Shown here: one piece after another, positions 35,147 through 44,083 of the stretch | Position numbering within the stretch: position 1 is the stretch's first letter | Layout of the letters: every line of letters starts with the position of its first letter | Assembly: GCA_035696925.1 (NCBI GenBank) | Contig: DASSDW010000264.1 | Span: 1 to 48,272 of the forward strand | DNA length: 48,272 bases | DNA from: Actinomycetota bacterium | GTDB lineage: Bacteria > Actinomycetota > UBA4738 > HRBIN12 | Direction of reading: 5' to 3' | Position numbers and translations under genes: made by a program | Notes under the pieces: model-generated | Databases searched by the model: none | The model's input: only the letters and a program-made list of their open reading frames with translations | What the model was told of the DNA's origin: nothing

Positions 35147-35937
35147 CCGAGGTCCTCGAGCCAGAGCGGCAGGTCCTCGCGATGGACGCCGAGCGACACG
35201 CCTCGCGCGGCGAGCTCTTCGGGGCTCCCGTCGAACACCACGCGTTCCTTCAGCACCACGACCCGATCGATCACGTCCGCCACCGCCGCGAGCTCGTGGG
35301 ACACGAGGAGCACCCCGGCGCCGTGCTGGCCGATCAGGTGCACGAGCGAGTCCCGGAACCGTCGTTGCGATTCGGCATCCACGCCCGCGATCGGCTCGTC
35401 GAGGACGAGGAGCACGGGTTCGCCGGCGAAGGCGCGAGCGATGAACGCGCGTTGCTGTTGGCCGATCGAGAGCTCGTTCAGAGGGCGGCCGGCGAGTGAT
35501 CCGAGGCCCACGGACTCGATCGCGTGACCGACCGCCTCCCGATCTGACCCTGTGAGACCCCGCCACCACCCTCGCTGGCGGAGGCGTCCCGCGGCCACGA
35601 TCTCCTCGACGGTGGCAGGCACCTCAGACAAGAGCGACGGCCTCTGAGGCACGTACCCCACGCGCCATCGATCGTGAACGTCGCCGGGGGCACGCCCCAG
35701 GAGCTCGACGCGACCGGAGCCGGGCGGCAGCGCTCCGAGGAGCACCTTCAGAAGCGTGGACTTCCCCGACCCGTTCGGTCCCACCAGTGCCACGAACTCC
35801 CCGGCCTGGACGGTGAGGGTGACATCGCGCAGCACGGGTCCGTGGCCGTAGTCGAACGACAAGTCGATCGCGCGGAGGAGCGCCACCTCGTCGTCGAAGA
35901 GGCGGGCCGTCGCGTGCGCGACCGGCTCAGCCCCCAC
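35143..35937 (-). CDS. znuC: ABC-3 family metal importer, ATP-binding subunit
   Basis: Walker A GPNGSGKST, signature LSIGQQQR, Walker B LLVLDEP. GTG start with GGGGAGAG upstream. Confidence 0.85.
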   Translation of the reverse strand: MGAEPVAHATARLFDDEVALLRAIDLSFDYGHGPVLRDVTLTVQAGEFVALVGPNGSGKSTLLKVLLGALPPGSGRVELLGRAPGDVHDRWRVGYVPQRPSLLSEVPATVEEIVAAGRLRQRGWWRGLTGSDREAVGHAIESVGLGSLAGRPLNELSIGQQQRAFIARAFAGEPVLLVLDEPIAGVDAESQRRFRDSLVHLIGQHGAGVLLVSHELAAVADVIDRVVVLKERVVFDGSPEELAARGVSLGVHREDLPLWLEDLG

Positions 35938-35973
35938 GGGCGCTCTCCCCGAGGATCGCCGCGAGCAAAGTAT

Positions 35974-35994
35974 TGAGAATCATTCCCATTCTCA
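35974..35994. promoter_or_regulatory. Zur-box-like palindrome TGAGAAT-N7-ATTCTCA
   Basis: A perfect 7-7-7 inverted repeat in the only AT-rich island of this region, 37 nt upstream of the znuC start. Its left part, TGAGAATCATTCCCA, resembles my recollection of the actinobacterial Zur consensus TGAAAATCATTTTCA (12/15 positions). Confidence 0.6.
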
Positions 35995-36088
35995 TCGGCA
36001 GCCCCCCACGCTATCGGCGGAGCCTCGCGTCGTCAATCGGATGACCCGGTCGTGCTCCTCGCGGGAGGTGACGCCAGCCGAGGTCGGG

Positions 36089-36535
36089 TCAGGGGACCGT
36101 GACCCAGGGATCCGGCCCGGGGTCCCCGCCGCTCGCGACGATGGCGAGTCGCGGCAGGAAGTGCTCCCACCCCTGGAGCTGCGCCGCGTCGGCTCCCTCC
36201 GGCAGGCCGGAGTGCGTGAGCCGCACGATCGTGCCGTCTCCATCGGAGATCAGCTCGATCGTCACGGTCGAGGATCCCGGCGGGAGCTGCTCGTCGCCCT
36301 CCCACCCCCAGGTGAACACGACCCGGTTGGGAGCATCGACCTCCAGGTACTCCCCGACCGCGTGCTTCACGCCGGTGACGTTCACGCGATACACGCCGCC
36401 GGGAGACGCCTCGACCGTGGCGTCCACCCCTTTCCACCGCACGATCTTCTGCGGATCCGTGAGGAAGGGGAAGATCGCTTCGGGCGCGGCATCGATCCTG
36501 ATCTCACTGTTGACGGTGAACGCGCCGGCGGCCAC
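36089..36535 (-). CDS. SRPBCC superfamily protein (AHSA1-like), third copy
   Basis: IRIDAAPEAIFPFLTDPQKIVRW and TIVRLTHSGL. GTG start overlapping the arsR 3' end by 32 nt. Confidence 0.8.
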   Translation of the reverse strand: MAAGAFTVNSEIRIDAAPEAIFPFLTDPQKIVRWKGVDATVEASPGGVYRVNVTGVKHAVGEYLEVDAPNRVVFTWGWEGDEQLPPGSSTVTIELISDGDGTIVRLTHSGLPEGADAAQLQGWEHFLPRLAIVASGGDPGPDPWVTVP

Positions 36536-36839
36536 GTCGTCTCCCTTCCTCGGCTTCCACTTCCTCCTTGAGCGCCGCGAGGCTACCCGTCCAGAACGCC
36601 TCGAGTGAGGCCTGCAGCTCGGCGAGCGCGTCGCGGTTCGCCCGATACATGCGGCGGGCGCCGTCTCGACGTTCGGTGACGAGGCCGACGGTGCGCAGGA
36701 CCGTGAGGTGCTGCGAGATCGCCGGGCGGCTGACCTCGAAGTGCGAGGCGATGTCGCCTGCGGAGCGCTCTGCGTCCCAGACGAGGCGGAGGATCTGACG
36801 ACGGCGAGGCTCCGCGATCGCCTTCAGCGCAGCCTCCAT
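36504..36839 (-). CDS. ArsR/SmtB family transcriptional regulator
   Basis: ALKAIAEPRRRQILRLVWDAERSAGDIASHFEVSRPAISQHLTVLRTVGLV is a canonical ArsR HTH. Confidence 0.85.
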   Translation of the reverse strand: MEAALKAIAEPRRRQILRLVWDAERSAGDIASHFEVSRPAISQHLTVLRTVGLVTERRDGARRMYRANRDALAELQASLEAFWTGSLAALKEEVEAEEGRRRGRRRVHRQQ

Positions 36840-36847
36840 GCGAGGGA

Positions 36848-36863
36848 TGTAAGCAGATGCTTA
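36848..36863. promoter_or_regulatory. Perfect palindrome GTAAGCA-GA-TGCTTAC immediately upstream of arsR
   Basis: 7-2-7 inverted repeat, 9 nt upstream of the arsR ATG (36839) and 9 nt downstream of the mutY stop (36872). Confidence 0.35.
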
Positions 36864-36871
36864 CGAGGACG

Positions 36872-37735
36872 TCAACGACGCGGGAGTCGGAACCGTCCCG
36901 ATCGTGTGCGCTCGACGATCCCGTCCGCGGTGAGTGCCGCGGTCGCCGTGGCGACCGCGGCGGCGGAGCGGCCCGTCCGCTCGGCGAGCACGTCGGTGCT
37001 CGCCGATCGGACCGTACGCAGGATCCGGACCACCGCGCCGCGCACCTGGCGGGGGCTCCCCTCGAACGCGGACTGTCGGCGATCGGACGACCTGCCCTGC
37101 CTGCCGGTTCGGAGGAACCGGCAGTCGGGAGCCACCGGGCAGCCGTCGCACCGCGGCGCCGGCCGGCAGAAGAGACGGCCGATGTCCATCAACGCCTGGT
37201 TCCACGCGCCCGGCGCCGAGGGATCGAGCCACATCCCCGCATCACGCGTGAGGTCCCGTGCGGGGACCTCGTCCGGCTCCGCACCTCGGATCGCTCGCGC
37301 GACGACCCGCCGCACGTTGCCGTCCAGCGCCGCGACCGCGACCCCGTGGCCGATCGACGCCACGGCGGCGGCCGTGTACGGACCAACGCCGGGGAGCAGG
37401 TTCAGCGAGCCCACGTCCTGCGGCACCCGCCCGCTGTGCTCTCGGACGACGGCGCGTGCTGTCTCGTGCAGCGCGACGGCGCGCCGGTTGTAGCCGAGCC
37501 CGGCCCACGCCTTGAGAACGTCGGCGCGCGACGCCTCCCCCAGCGCGGCGACGTCGGGGAAGCGCGCGACGAACGCGTCGAAGATCGGCTCGACGCGAGA
37601 CGCCTGCGTCTGTTGGAGCATCACCTCGGAGACCAGGGTCCGGTAGGCGTTCCGGCGGCCCCTTCGCCATGCGTATGCGTGGCGGCGCGGCCGGTACCAG
37701 TCCAGCACCGCTCGACGTGACCGTTCGACATCCAC
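36872..37735 (-). CDS. mutY: A/G-specific adenine DNA glycosylase
   Basis: EVMLQQTQ, GLGYNRRA, the HhH-GPD segment LPGVGPYTAAAV, and the 4Fe-4S loop CRPAPRCDGCPVAPDC. I chose the GTG at 37735. The upstream part of the 374-aa track ORF overlaps a better-supported small gene. Confidence 0.85.
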   Translation of the reverse strand: MDVERSRRAVLDWYRPRRHAYAWRRGRRNAYRTLVSEVMLQQTQASRVEPIFDAFVARFPDVAALGEASRADVLKAWAGLGYNRRAVALHETARAVVREHSGRVPQDVGSLNLLPGVGPYTAAAVASIGHGVAVAALDGNVRRVVARAIRGAEPDEVPARDLTRDAGMWLDPSAPGAWNQALMDIGRLFCRPAPRCDGCPVAPDCRFLRTGRQGRSSDRRQSAFEGSPRQVRGAVVRILRTVRSASTDVLAERTGRSAAAVATATAALTADGIVERTRSGRFRLPRR

Positions 37736-37755
37736 GCGATCAGAACCCCGGCCGA

Positions 37756-37947
37756 TCAGAATCCGGGCTTCGAGTCCTTCGAAGGCATCTCGTCGGTGGC
37801 TTTCCGGAGCGCCGCGTAGATCTCGCTGAAGACCTCGCCCACGTACGTGGCGGGCTGGCTCCCCTCGGAGCCCATCGCCCCCCGCACCGCGGAAGCCGTG
37901 ATGTCGGCGGCCTTGTCGAATACGTGCCAGTCGATGTCGCGTGACAT
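37756..37947 (-). CDS. Small hypothetical protein (63 aa)
   Basis: ATG at 37947 with a perfect AGGAGG 6 nt upstream. MSRDIDWHVFDKAADITASAVRGAMGSEGSQPATYVGEVFSEIYAALRKATDEMPSKDSKPGF. It ends 20 nt before the mutY start. Confidence 0.55.
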   Translation of the reverse strand: MSRDIDWHVFDKAADITASAVRGAMGSEGSQPATYVGEVFSEIYAALRKATDEMPSKDSKPGF

Positions 37948-38037
37948 GGTTCCTCCTGGGTCCGTGGACCGTATGGCCGGGATCGGTGGGGGCCACAGGC
38001 TACCTCCGCCTCGGCGACCGGACCTATCATCCCGTCG

Positions 38038-38961
38038 ATGCGCGACGTGATCGACCGGCGGATCCTCCTCGCGTTCGCCGGCGTCGTCCTCCTCGCGGGC
38101 TCGAACATCGTCGCCGTGCGCTTCAGCAATCGAGAGCTCGATCCATTCTGGGGCGCCGGCGTCCGTTTCCTGGGAGCGTCCGTGATCCTCTGGGTGCTCG
38201 CCTCGCGAGCGAGCCATCCGCTCCCTCGAGGGAAGGCGCTCACCGGCGCGCTCGTCTACGGCGTGCTCAGCTTCTTGATCGCGTACGCCTTCTTCTACTG
38301 GGGTTCCCAGGAGGTTCCGGCTGGCCTGGGAGGCACGGTGATGGCGTCGGTCCCTCTGCTCACGGTCCTGCTCGCCGCGGCCCATCGGCTGGAGCGCTTG
38401 CGGCTCCGCGCCATAGTCGGCGCCGTGGTCGCGCTGGCGGGGATCGCGCTGATGTCGTCCGACGCGCTCTCCGGTGATGTGTCCGTGCTCTCCGTGCTGG
38501 CGGTCGTCGTCGCCGCGGCGGCGGCCGCGGAGTCCGGCATCGTCCTGAAGCTGCTGACGTCGGCCCACCCCGTGGTGACGAACGCGATCGGGATGAGCGT
38601 GGGCGCGGTGCTGCTCCTCCTGCTCTCGCTGTTCGCCGGCGAGTCTTGGAACGCGCCCACCAGCCCGAGCGTGTGGGCGGCCCTCGGCTACTTGATCGTC
38701 GCCTCGCCGTTCCTCTTCATGCTGATCGTGTATGTGATCGGACGGTGGACGGCCACGGGCGCGAGCTACCAGTTCGTCCTGTTCCCGATCGTGGCGGTGA
38801 TCGGCGGCGCGCTGCTGCTCGGGGAAGAAGTGACGTCATCCCTGCTCCTGGGAGCCCCACTCGTCCTCCTCGGGGTCTACATCGGTGCGCTGGCCGTCGA
38901 CAGGACCCCGGAGGACGCACACCCGCTCGGGCGGGAGAGATCGGGCACCGCGGACGGCTAG
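38038..38961 (+). CDS. EamA/DMT family transporter
   Basis: Ten TM segments with a duplicated EamA pattern. TATCAT lies 7 nt upstream of the ATG, so the mRNA may be leaderless. Confidence 0.85.
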   Translation: MRDVIDRRILLAFAGVVLLAGSNIVAVRFSNRELDPFWGAGVRFLGASVILWVLASRASHPLPRGKALTGALVYGVLSFLIAYAFFYWGSQEVPAGLGGTVMASVPLLTVLLAAAHRLERLRLRAIVGAVVALAGIALMSSDALSGDVSVLSVLAVVVAAAAAAESGIVLKLLTSAHPVVTNAIGMSVGAVLLLLLSLFAGESWNAPTSPSVWAALGYLIVASPFLFMLIVYVIGRWTATGASYQFVLFPIVAVIGGALLLGEEVTSSLLLGAPLVLLGVYIGALAVDRTPEDAHPLGRERSGTADG

Positions 38962-39048
38962 ATGCGGCCGGGCGCTCGTCACTGCTGCCTGAAGCCGAAG
39001 CACCGTCGAACGGAACCGCCGACCGACCTCGGCTAGCATCCGTCCCCG

Positions 39049-40476
39049 ATGCTCTTCCCCACGGTCGACTTCGCGATCTTCTTCGTGGTGGTCTTCCTGG
39101 GACATTGGTTGCTGAACCACCTCGCGCAGCCTTGGAACTTGTTCATGATCGCGGCGAGCTACGTCTTCTACGCGTGGTGGGATCCGCGGTTCGTCCTGCT
39201 CCTGGTCGGCATCAGCCTGATCGCGCAGTTGGGCGCGATCGCGGTCGACCGAAGGCGCTCCCCTCGTTCGCGGCTGGTGGTCAACGCCGCCGCCGTCGCG
39301 CTCCTCCTCCTGCCGCTCGCGTTCTTCAAGTACTACGGGTTCTTCGCGGTGAACGTGACGAACACGCTCGCGGCCCTCGGCATAGGGTCTTCGGTCCCCC
39401 TGATCCAGGTGGTCCTCCCCGTGGGGATCTCGTTCTTCACGTTCATGGCGATCGCCTACGTCGTGGACGTCTATCGGGGCGACGTGGAGGTGGCGGGGTG
39501 GACGGACACGTTCCTGTACCTGTCGTTCTTCCCCCATCTCGTCGCCGGGCCGATCGTGCGACCCGGCGAGCTGATCCCCCAGTTGCAGGAGCGTCGGGAC
39601 GAGCGCCACGTCGACGTGGCGGGGGCGGCCTGGCTGATCCTGGGTGGCCTGTTCAAGAAGGTCGTCGTCTCGAGCTACCTCGCCTCCGAGATCGTGGACC
39701 CGGTCTTCGGCGACCCGTTCACCAGGAGCGCTCCCGACGCGCTCTTCGGGATCGTCGGCTACGCGATCGTGATCTACGCGGACTTCAGCGGCTATACCGA
39801 TATCGCGATCGGGGTCGCGAAACTGCTCGGCTTCCGGTTCCCGAGGAACTTCGACCGGCCGTACACAGCTCGCTCGATCCAGGAGTTCTGGCGTCGCTGG
39901 CACATGACGCTCTCTCGCTGGTTACGCGACTACCTGTACATCCCGCTCGGCGGGAACCGGCGTGGCGAACGGCGAACCCTGATCAACGTCGTCGCCACCA
40001 TGGTCCTCGGTGGCCTGTGGCACGGCGCCGCTTGGACGTTCGTCTTCTGGGGAGCGTTCCACGGTGGCCTGCTCGCCGCGAACCAGTGGCGCCGACGGCG
40101 CGACTCCGGAGCGGAGGCAGAGGAACAGCCGGATCGCTGGCCGGACCACCTGCGCCGGTGCGCCACCACGTTCGCGCTCGTCTGCGTGGGATGGGTCTTC
40201 TTCCGGTCCGACTCCCTCGAGACGGCGTTCGGGCTCCTCGGCCGGCTCGTCACGGGCTGGCTCACCCCGACCGAGTTCGTGAACCCGCTCGTGATCCTGA
40301 CGATCCTCGGGATGCTCGCGCTGCAGTTCTGGCCCCGAGGGTTCGGGTTGTGGCTCCAAGCGGGACTTTCCCGGCTGAAGCCCGCGCCGCTCGGGATCGT
40401 CCTGGCACTCGTTCTGCTGGTGATCGTGATCCTGGGGCCACCCGGCGTGGCACCCTTCATCTACTTCCAGTTCTGA
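39049..40476 (+). CDS. MBOAT family O-acyltransferase (AlgI/DltB/PatA-like)
   Basis: FSGYTDIAIG, FWRRWHMTLSRWLRDYLYIPLGGNR and the catalytic His in LGGLWHGA are hallmark MBOAT blocks. Confidence 0.9.
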   Translation: MLFPTVDFAIFFVVVFLGHWLLNHLAQPWNLFMIAASYVFYAWWDPRFVLLLVGISLIAQLGAIAVDRRRSPRSRLVVNAAAVALLLLPLAFFKYYGFFAVNVTNTLAALGIGSSVPLIQVVLPVGISFFTFMAIAYVVDVYRGDVEVAGWTDTFLYLSFFPHLVAGPIVRPGELIPQLQERRDERHVDVAGAAWLILGGLFKKVVVSSYLASEIVDPVFGDPFTRSAPDALFGIVGYAIVIYADFSGYTDIAIGVAKLLGFRFPRNFDRPYTARSIQEFWRRWHMTLSRWLRDYLYIPLGGNRRGERRTLINVVATMVLGGLWHGAAWTFVFWGAFHGGLLAANQWRRRRDSGAEAEEQPDRWPDHLRRCATTFALVCVGWVFFRSDSLETAFGLLGRLVTGWLTPTEFVNPLVILTILGMLALQFWPRGFGLWLQAGLSRLKPAPLGIVLALVLLVIVILGPPGVAPFIYFQF

Positions 40477-40489
40477 AGAGGGCGAGGAC

Positions 40490-41572
40490 ATGAGCGAGTC
40501 GCGGGGACCGGGCGAGGTCGCGTCGGCGGCCGAGGTTCCGGAGCTCGCCGCCAGGGTCCTCTACGGCCGCCGGCTGATGCCCGCGGGTCGGGTGCTCGTC
40601 GTCCTGCTCGTCTCGCTCCTCACGTGGACGCTCCTCTACGCGCCGACCTTGAAACGGGCAGCGGAGGCGTCGCCGATCGGAACCCGGCGCACGCTTTCGC
40701 TCGCGATCCTCACGCCGATCGCCGCGGTGAGCGACTGGATCGGTCTCGACCAGCTCGCCACGGCGATCGAGCGCGCCGTCGGCCACGACGCGGGCAAGTC
40801 GGACGGCGCGTTCGTTCCCCCGCCCGACGACATCCCGGTGGCGCCGCCGGACGACGATCCGGACGACGGGCCGGGAGATGGCGGCGAGAACGAACCCATC
40901 CGCGTCCCGACGCCGGAGCGGAAGCTCCGCGTGGTTATCGTCGGCGACTCCCTCGCGGGCGGCCTCGGCTACTTCGCCGAGCGGGTGTTCCGGCCGCGGC
41001 TGGTGACCGTCTCGGGGCAAGGCAGGATCTCGACGGGACTGGCGCGCCCGGACTACTTCAACTGGCCGTTCACGATGCGTCGGATCGTCGACCGGTTCGA
41101 TCCCGACCTCGTGATCGTGATGCTCGGCGAGAACGACCATCAATCGTTGCAGGACGTGCACGGCAACCGGGAGGCACTGATCGGCACCGCGGGATGGCCA
41201 CCCGCGTACCGGGACCGGGTGCTCGCGATGATGCGCATCGCCACGTCGCGCGGCGGGAAGGTCGTGTGGGCCGGCCTGCCGATCTCCGCCGACTACCGGT
41301 TGCGCGAGCACTCGAGACGTCAGAACGATCTCATCGAGTTCGCCGCGAGCATCTCCAGCGATGTCGTCTACTTCGACACGTGGAACCGCTTCCGCGATCC
41401 CGCCGGCGGATACACCGCGTACTACCGCGAAGGCAACCGCGTGATCCTGATCCGGGAGGGCGACGGTCTCCACTTCAACGCCGTCGGCTACACGCTCGTC
41501 GCGCGAGAGATCGCGAAGCTCGCCGCGGAGGAGTTCGGCCTCTCGTCGCGGACGTTCGAGACGGAGATCTAG
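40490..41572 (+). CDS. Membrane-anchored SGNH-fold protein (DUF459 / AlgX-PatB-like partner of MBOAT)
   Basis: N-terminal TM helix ([16 protein letters not shown]), a Pro/Asp-rich linker, then [10 protein letters not shown] (block I), MLGENDHQ (block III) and GDGLHFN (block V). Confidence 0.8.
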   Translation: MSESRGPGEVASAAEVPELAARVLYGRRLMPAGRVLVVLLVSLLTWTLLYAPTLKRAAEASPIGTRRTLSLAILTPIAAVSDWIGLDQLATAIERAVGHDAGKSDGAFVPPPDDIPVAPPDDDPDDGPGDGGENEPIRVPTPERKLRVVIVGDSLAGGLGYFAERVFRPRLVTVSGQGRISTGLARPDYFNWPFTMRRIVDRFDPDLVIVMLGENDHQSLQDVHGNREALIGTAGWPPAYRDRVLAMMRIATSRGGKVVWAGLPISADYRLREHSRRQNDLIEFAASISSDVVYFDTWNRFRDPAGGYTAYYREGNRVILIREGDGLHFNAVGYTLVAREIAKLAAEEFGLSSRTFETEI

Positions 41573-42971
41573 GGCCCGGTGGACTCGCCGGGGATCGGTA
41601 CGTCGGGCACGTTCGCCATCGATGCCGTCACGTCTTCCTGCCGGTACTCCACCTCCGGCAGGCGGCCGTTCAGGTAGTCGTCGTAGGCCTGCATGTCGAA
41701 GGCCCCGTGACCCGACAGGCCGAAGAGGATCACGCGCTCCTCTCCGGCATCGCGCGCCGCGATGGCCTCATCGATCGCTCCCCGGACGGCATGGGCCGAC
41801 TCGGGGGCCGGCACGATCCCCTCCGTGTGGGCGAACTGCACGGCCGCGTCGAACACCGCGTTCTGCGAGAAGGCGGCGGCCTCCATGTGGCCGTGCTTGA
41901 CGAGGAGCGAGAGCGACGGTGAATCTCCGTGGTAGCGCAGTCCTCCCGCGTGCACCGGGGCCGGCACGAACGTGTGGCCGAGGGTGTACATCGGCACCAG
42001 CGGGATCGTCTCGCCCGTGTCGCCGAAGTCGTAGGCGAACCGGCCTTTCGTGAGTGTGGGACACGCCGCCGGCTCCGTGGCCAGGAACCGCGTCTCCGGC
42101 GTCGCACCCGAGAGCCGATCGACCATGAACGGGTACGCGAGGCCGGCGTAGTTCGATCCGCCGCCCACGCATCCGATCACGACGTCGGGCCGATCGCCCG
42201 TCAGTTCCATCTGCGCCTTCGCCTCGAGCCCGATCACGGTCTGGTGCAGCAGCACGTGGTTCAACACGGAGCCGAGTGAGTACTTGATCGCCCCGCCGGA
42301 GGCGGCGGCGACCTCGACGGCCTCGCTGATGGCGATCCCGAGGGAGCCGGTCGAGTCCGGGTCGGCCTCGAGGATCGCCTTCCCCGCCTGCGTGGTCGGC
42401 GACGGGGACGGCACCACCTCGGCGCCGAACGTCTCCATGAAGATCCGGCGGTACGGCTTCTGCTCGTAGGAAGCCTTCACCATGAAGACCTGGCAATCGA
42501 GTCCGAAGAACTTCGACGCCATCGCGAGCGCGGAGCCCCACTGACCGGCGCCGGTCTCCGTGGCCAGGCGCTTCGTCCCCGCCTCCTTGTTGTAGAAGGC
42601 CTGCGCGATCGCCGTGTTCGGCTTGTGGCTCCCCGCCGGGGAGACGCCCTCGTACTTGTAGTAGATCCGCGCTGTGGTCTGGAGCGCCTTCTCGAGACGG
42701 ACGGCTCGCTGCAGCGGGGACGGCCGCCAGAGGCGGTAGACGTCGAGGATCTCGCCCGGGATGTCGATCCACGGATCGGTGGAGACCTCTTGGAGGATCA
42801 GCGCTTCCGGGAACAGCGGGGCGAAGAGATCCGGCGTGACGGGCTCGAGCGTCCCCGGGTGCAGGGGCGGCAGGGGCTGGATGCCGGCCTGCGCGATGGA
42901 GGGCATGATGTTCAGCCACGCGGTCGGCAGCTGATCGGGCGGGAGATCGAACCGGATCGGCGCGTCGCTCA
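41569..42971 (-). CDS. trpB2: TrpB2-type (TrpB-like) PLP-dependent tryptophan synthase beta homolog
   Basis: The ATG at 42971 has GAGGAGG 8 nt upstream. [18 protein letters not shown] (PLP lysine), [13 protein letters not shown] and [11 protein letters not shown]. The N-terminal extension (WLNIMPS...) is typical of TrpB2. Confidence 0.9.
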
Positions 42972-43058
42972 TCGGGGAAACCTCCTCGTTCGCCAGAAGC
43001 CAGGGAACCGGACGAGGGGCGAGCCTACCCGGAGCGCGTTCCCGGAGCCAGTCGCGGA

Positions 43059-43391
43059 TCAGCCGCCCTCGCGGACCGGCTGATCGGCGAGCTCGACCCA
43101 CCCGTCCACGAGCCGAGCCAGATGGATCGCGACGCGGTCCTGAGCGGGGCCATCGATCGGCTCTCCCGTCTCCACATCGAAGACGCTCCCGTGGCACGGG
43201 CACTCGACGGTGGCCGACCGATCGTCGAAGTCGCCTTCCGAGAGAGCGCACCCCGCATGGGTGCACTCGTCGGCGAACGCGAACAGTCTCGCTTCCACAT
43301 GCGCGACCGCCACCCGTCCGGAGGACAGATCGAACGCCCGCATCTCGCCCTCGGGGATCTCGGCGAGCGAAGCGACGCGCACGAAGTCCAT
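43059..43391 (-). CDS. Rieske [2Fe-2S] ferredoxin-type protein
   Basis: CTHAGC ... CPCHGS Rieske ligand boxes in a 110-aa protein. Confidence 0.85.
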   Translation of the reverse strand: MDFVRVASLAEIPEGEMRAFDLSSGRVAVAHVEARLFAFADECTHAGCALSEGDFDDRSATVECPCHGSVFDVETGEPIDGPAQDRVAIHLARLVDGWVELADQPVREGG

Positions 43392-43395
43392 CGGG

Positions 43396-44070
43396 CTAGG
43401 CTCGCACGAGCGCGGACCAGCCGCGCTGGAGCGCCGTCACCGCTCCGAGCGCGGCGAGGATCAACAGGATCGGGGTCATGGCGCCCGGAAGGATGAGCCC
43501 GATGATCAGCGCGATGAATCGCTCCAGTCGTTGGAAGAAGCCCTCGGTGAGCTGCACGCCCACGGCCTCGGCCTCGGCTCGGATGTGGCTCACGGACAGG
43601 CTCACCACCAGGGTGAAGAGCGCGAGCGCGGCGTCGAGGCGCCTGCCATCCTCCGCGAGCGCCCAGAACAGGCAGGCGAACAGGATCGCGTCGGCGACGC
43701 GGTCCAGGACCGAGTCCATGAACGCTCCCGACCGCTTCTGCTGCCCGTAGTGCCTCGCGACCGATCCGTCGAAGACGTCGCACAGGCCGGCCGCGAGCAG
43801 GGCCCAGCCCGCGAGGAACCAGTCCCCCGTGATGATCAGCACCCCGGTCGCCACGTTGAGGACGAGCGCCGCGACCGTCAGGTGCCACGGTCGTACCCGT
43901 GCCCAGATGAGGAACGCGAGGATCGCCCGGTACGGCCATTGGAACGCCCATTGGATCGCGCCGCCGGCCGCCGATTCGTTCTTCCGAGGTTTCGGGAGGT
44001 CGCGGACCTTCGGCGCCTCGCGCGCGACGTGGGGTCTCGGGCGATGCCCCGCGGCCGCGCGACGGCCCAT
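43396..44070 (-). CDS. CDP-alcohol phosphatidyltransferase family protein
   Basis: DVFDGSVARHYGQQKRSGAFMDSVLDRVAD matches D-x2-DG-x2-AR-x8-G-x3-D-x3-D. I chose the ATG at 44070, 13 nt after the greA stop. The track start at 44133 would overlap greA by 50 nt. Confidence 0.85.
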   Translation of the reverse strand: MGRRAAAGHRPRPHVAREAPKVRDLPKPRKNESAAGGAIQWAFQWPYRAILAFLIWARVRPWHLTVAALVLNVATGVLIITGDWFLAGWALLAAGLCDVFDGSVARHYGQQKRSGAFMDSVLDRVADAILFACLFWALAEDGRRLDAALALFTLVVSLSVSHIRAEAEAVGVQLTEGFFQRLERFIALIIGLILPGAMTPILLILAALGAVTALQRGWSALVRA

Positions 44071-44083
44071 CAGCTCTCGCTCA

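Noticed and set aside
35147-35569. Extension of the permease ORF (34301..35569), and similar extensions of the TrpB2 (to 43266), MutY (to 37996) and lipoprotein (to 13293) ORFs
   Set aside because: The extensions overlap the upstream genes and are Arg-rich. Internal starts give ATGA/GTGA coupling or strong SD sequences and N-termini of the length expected for each family.
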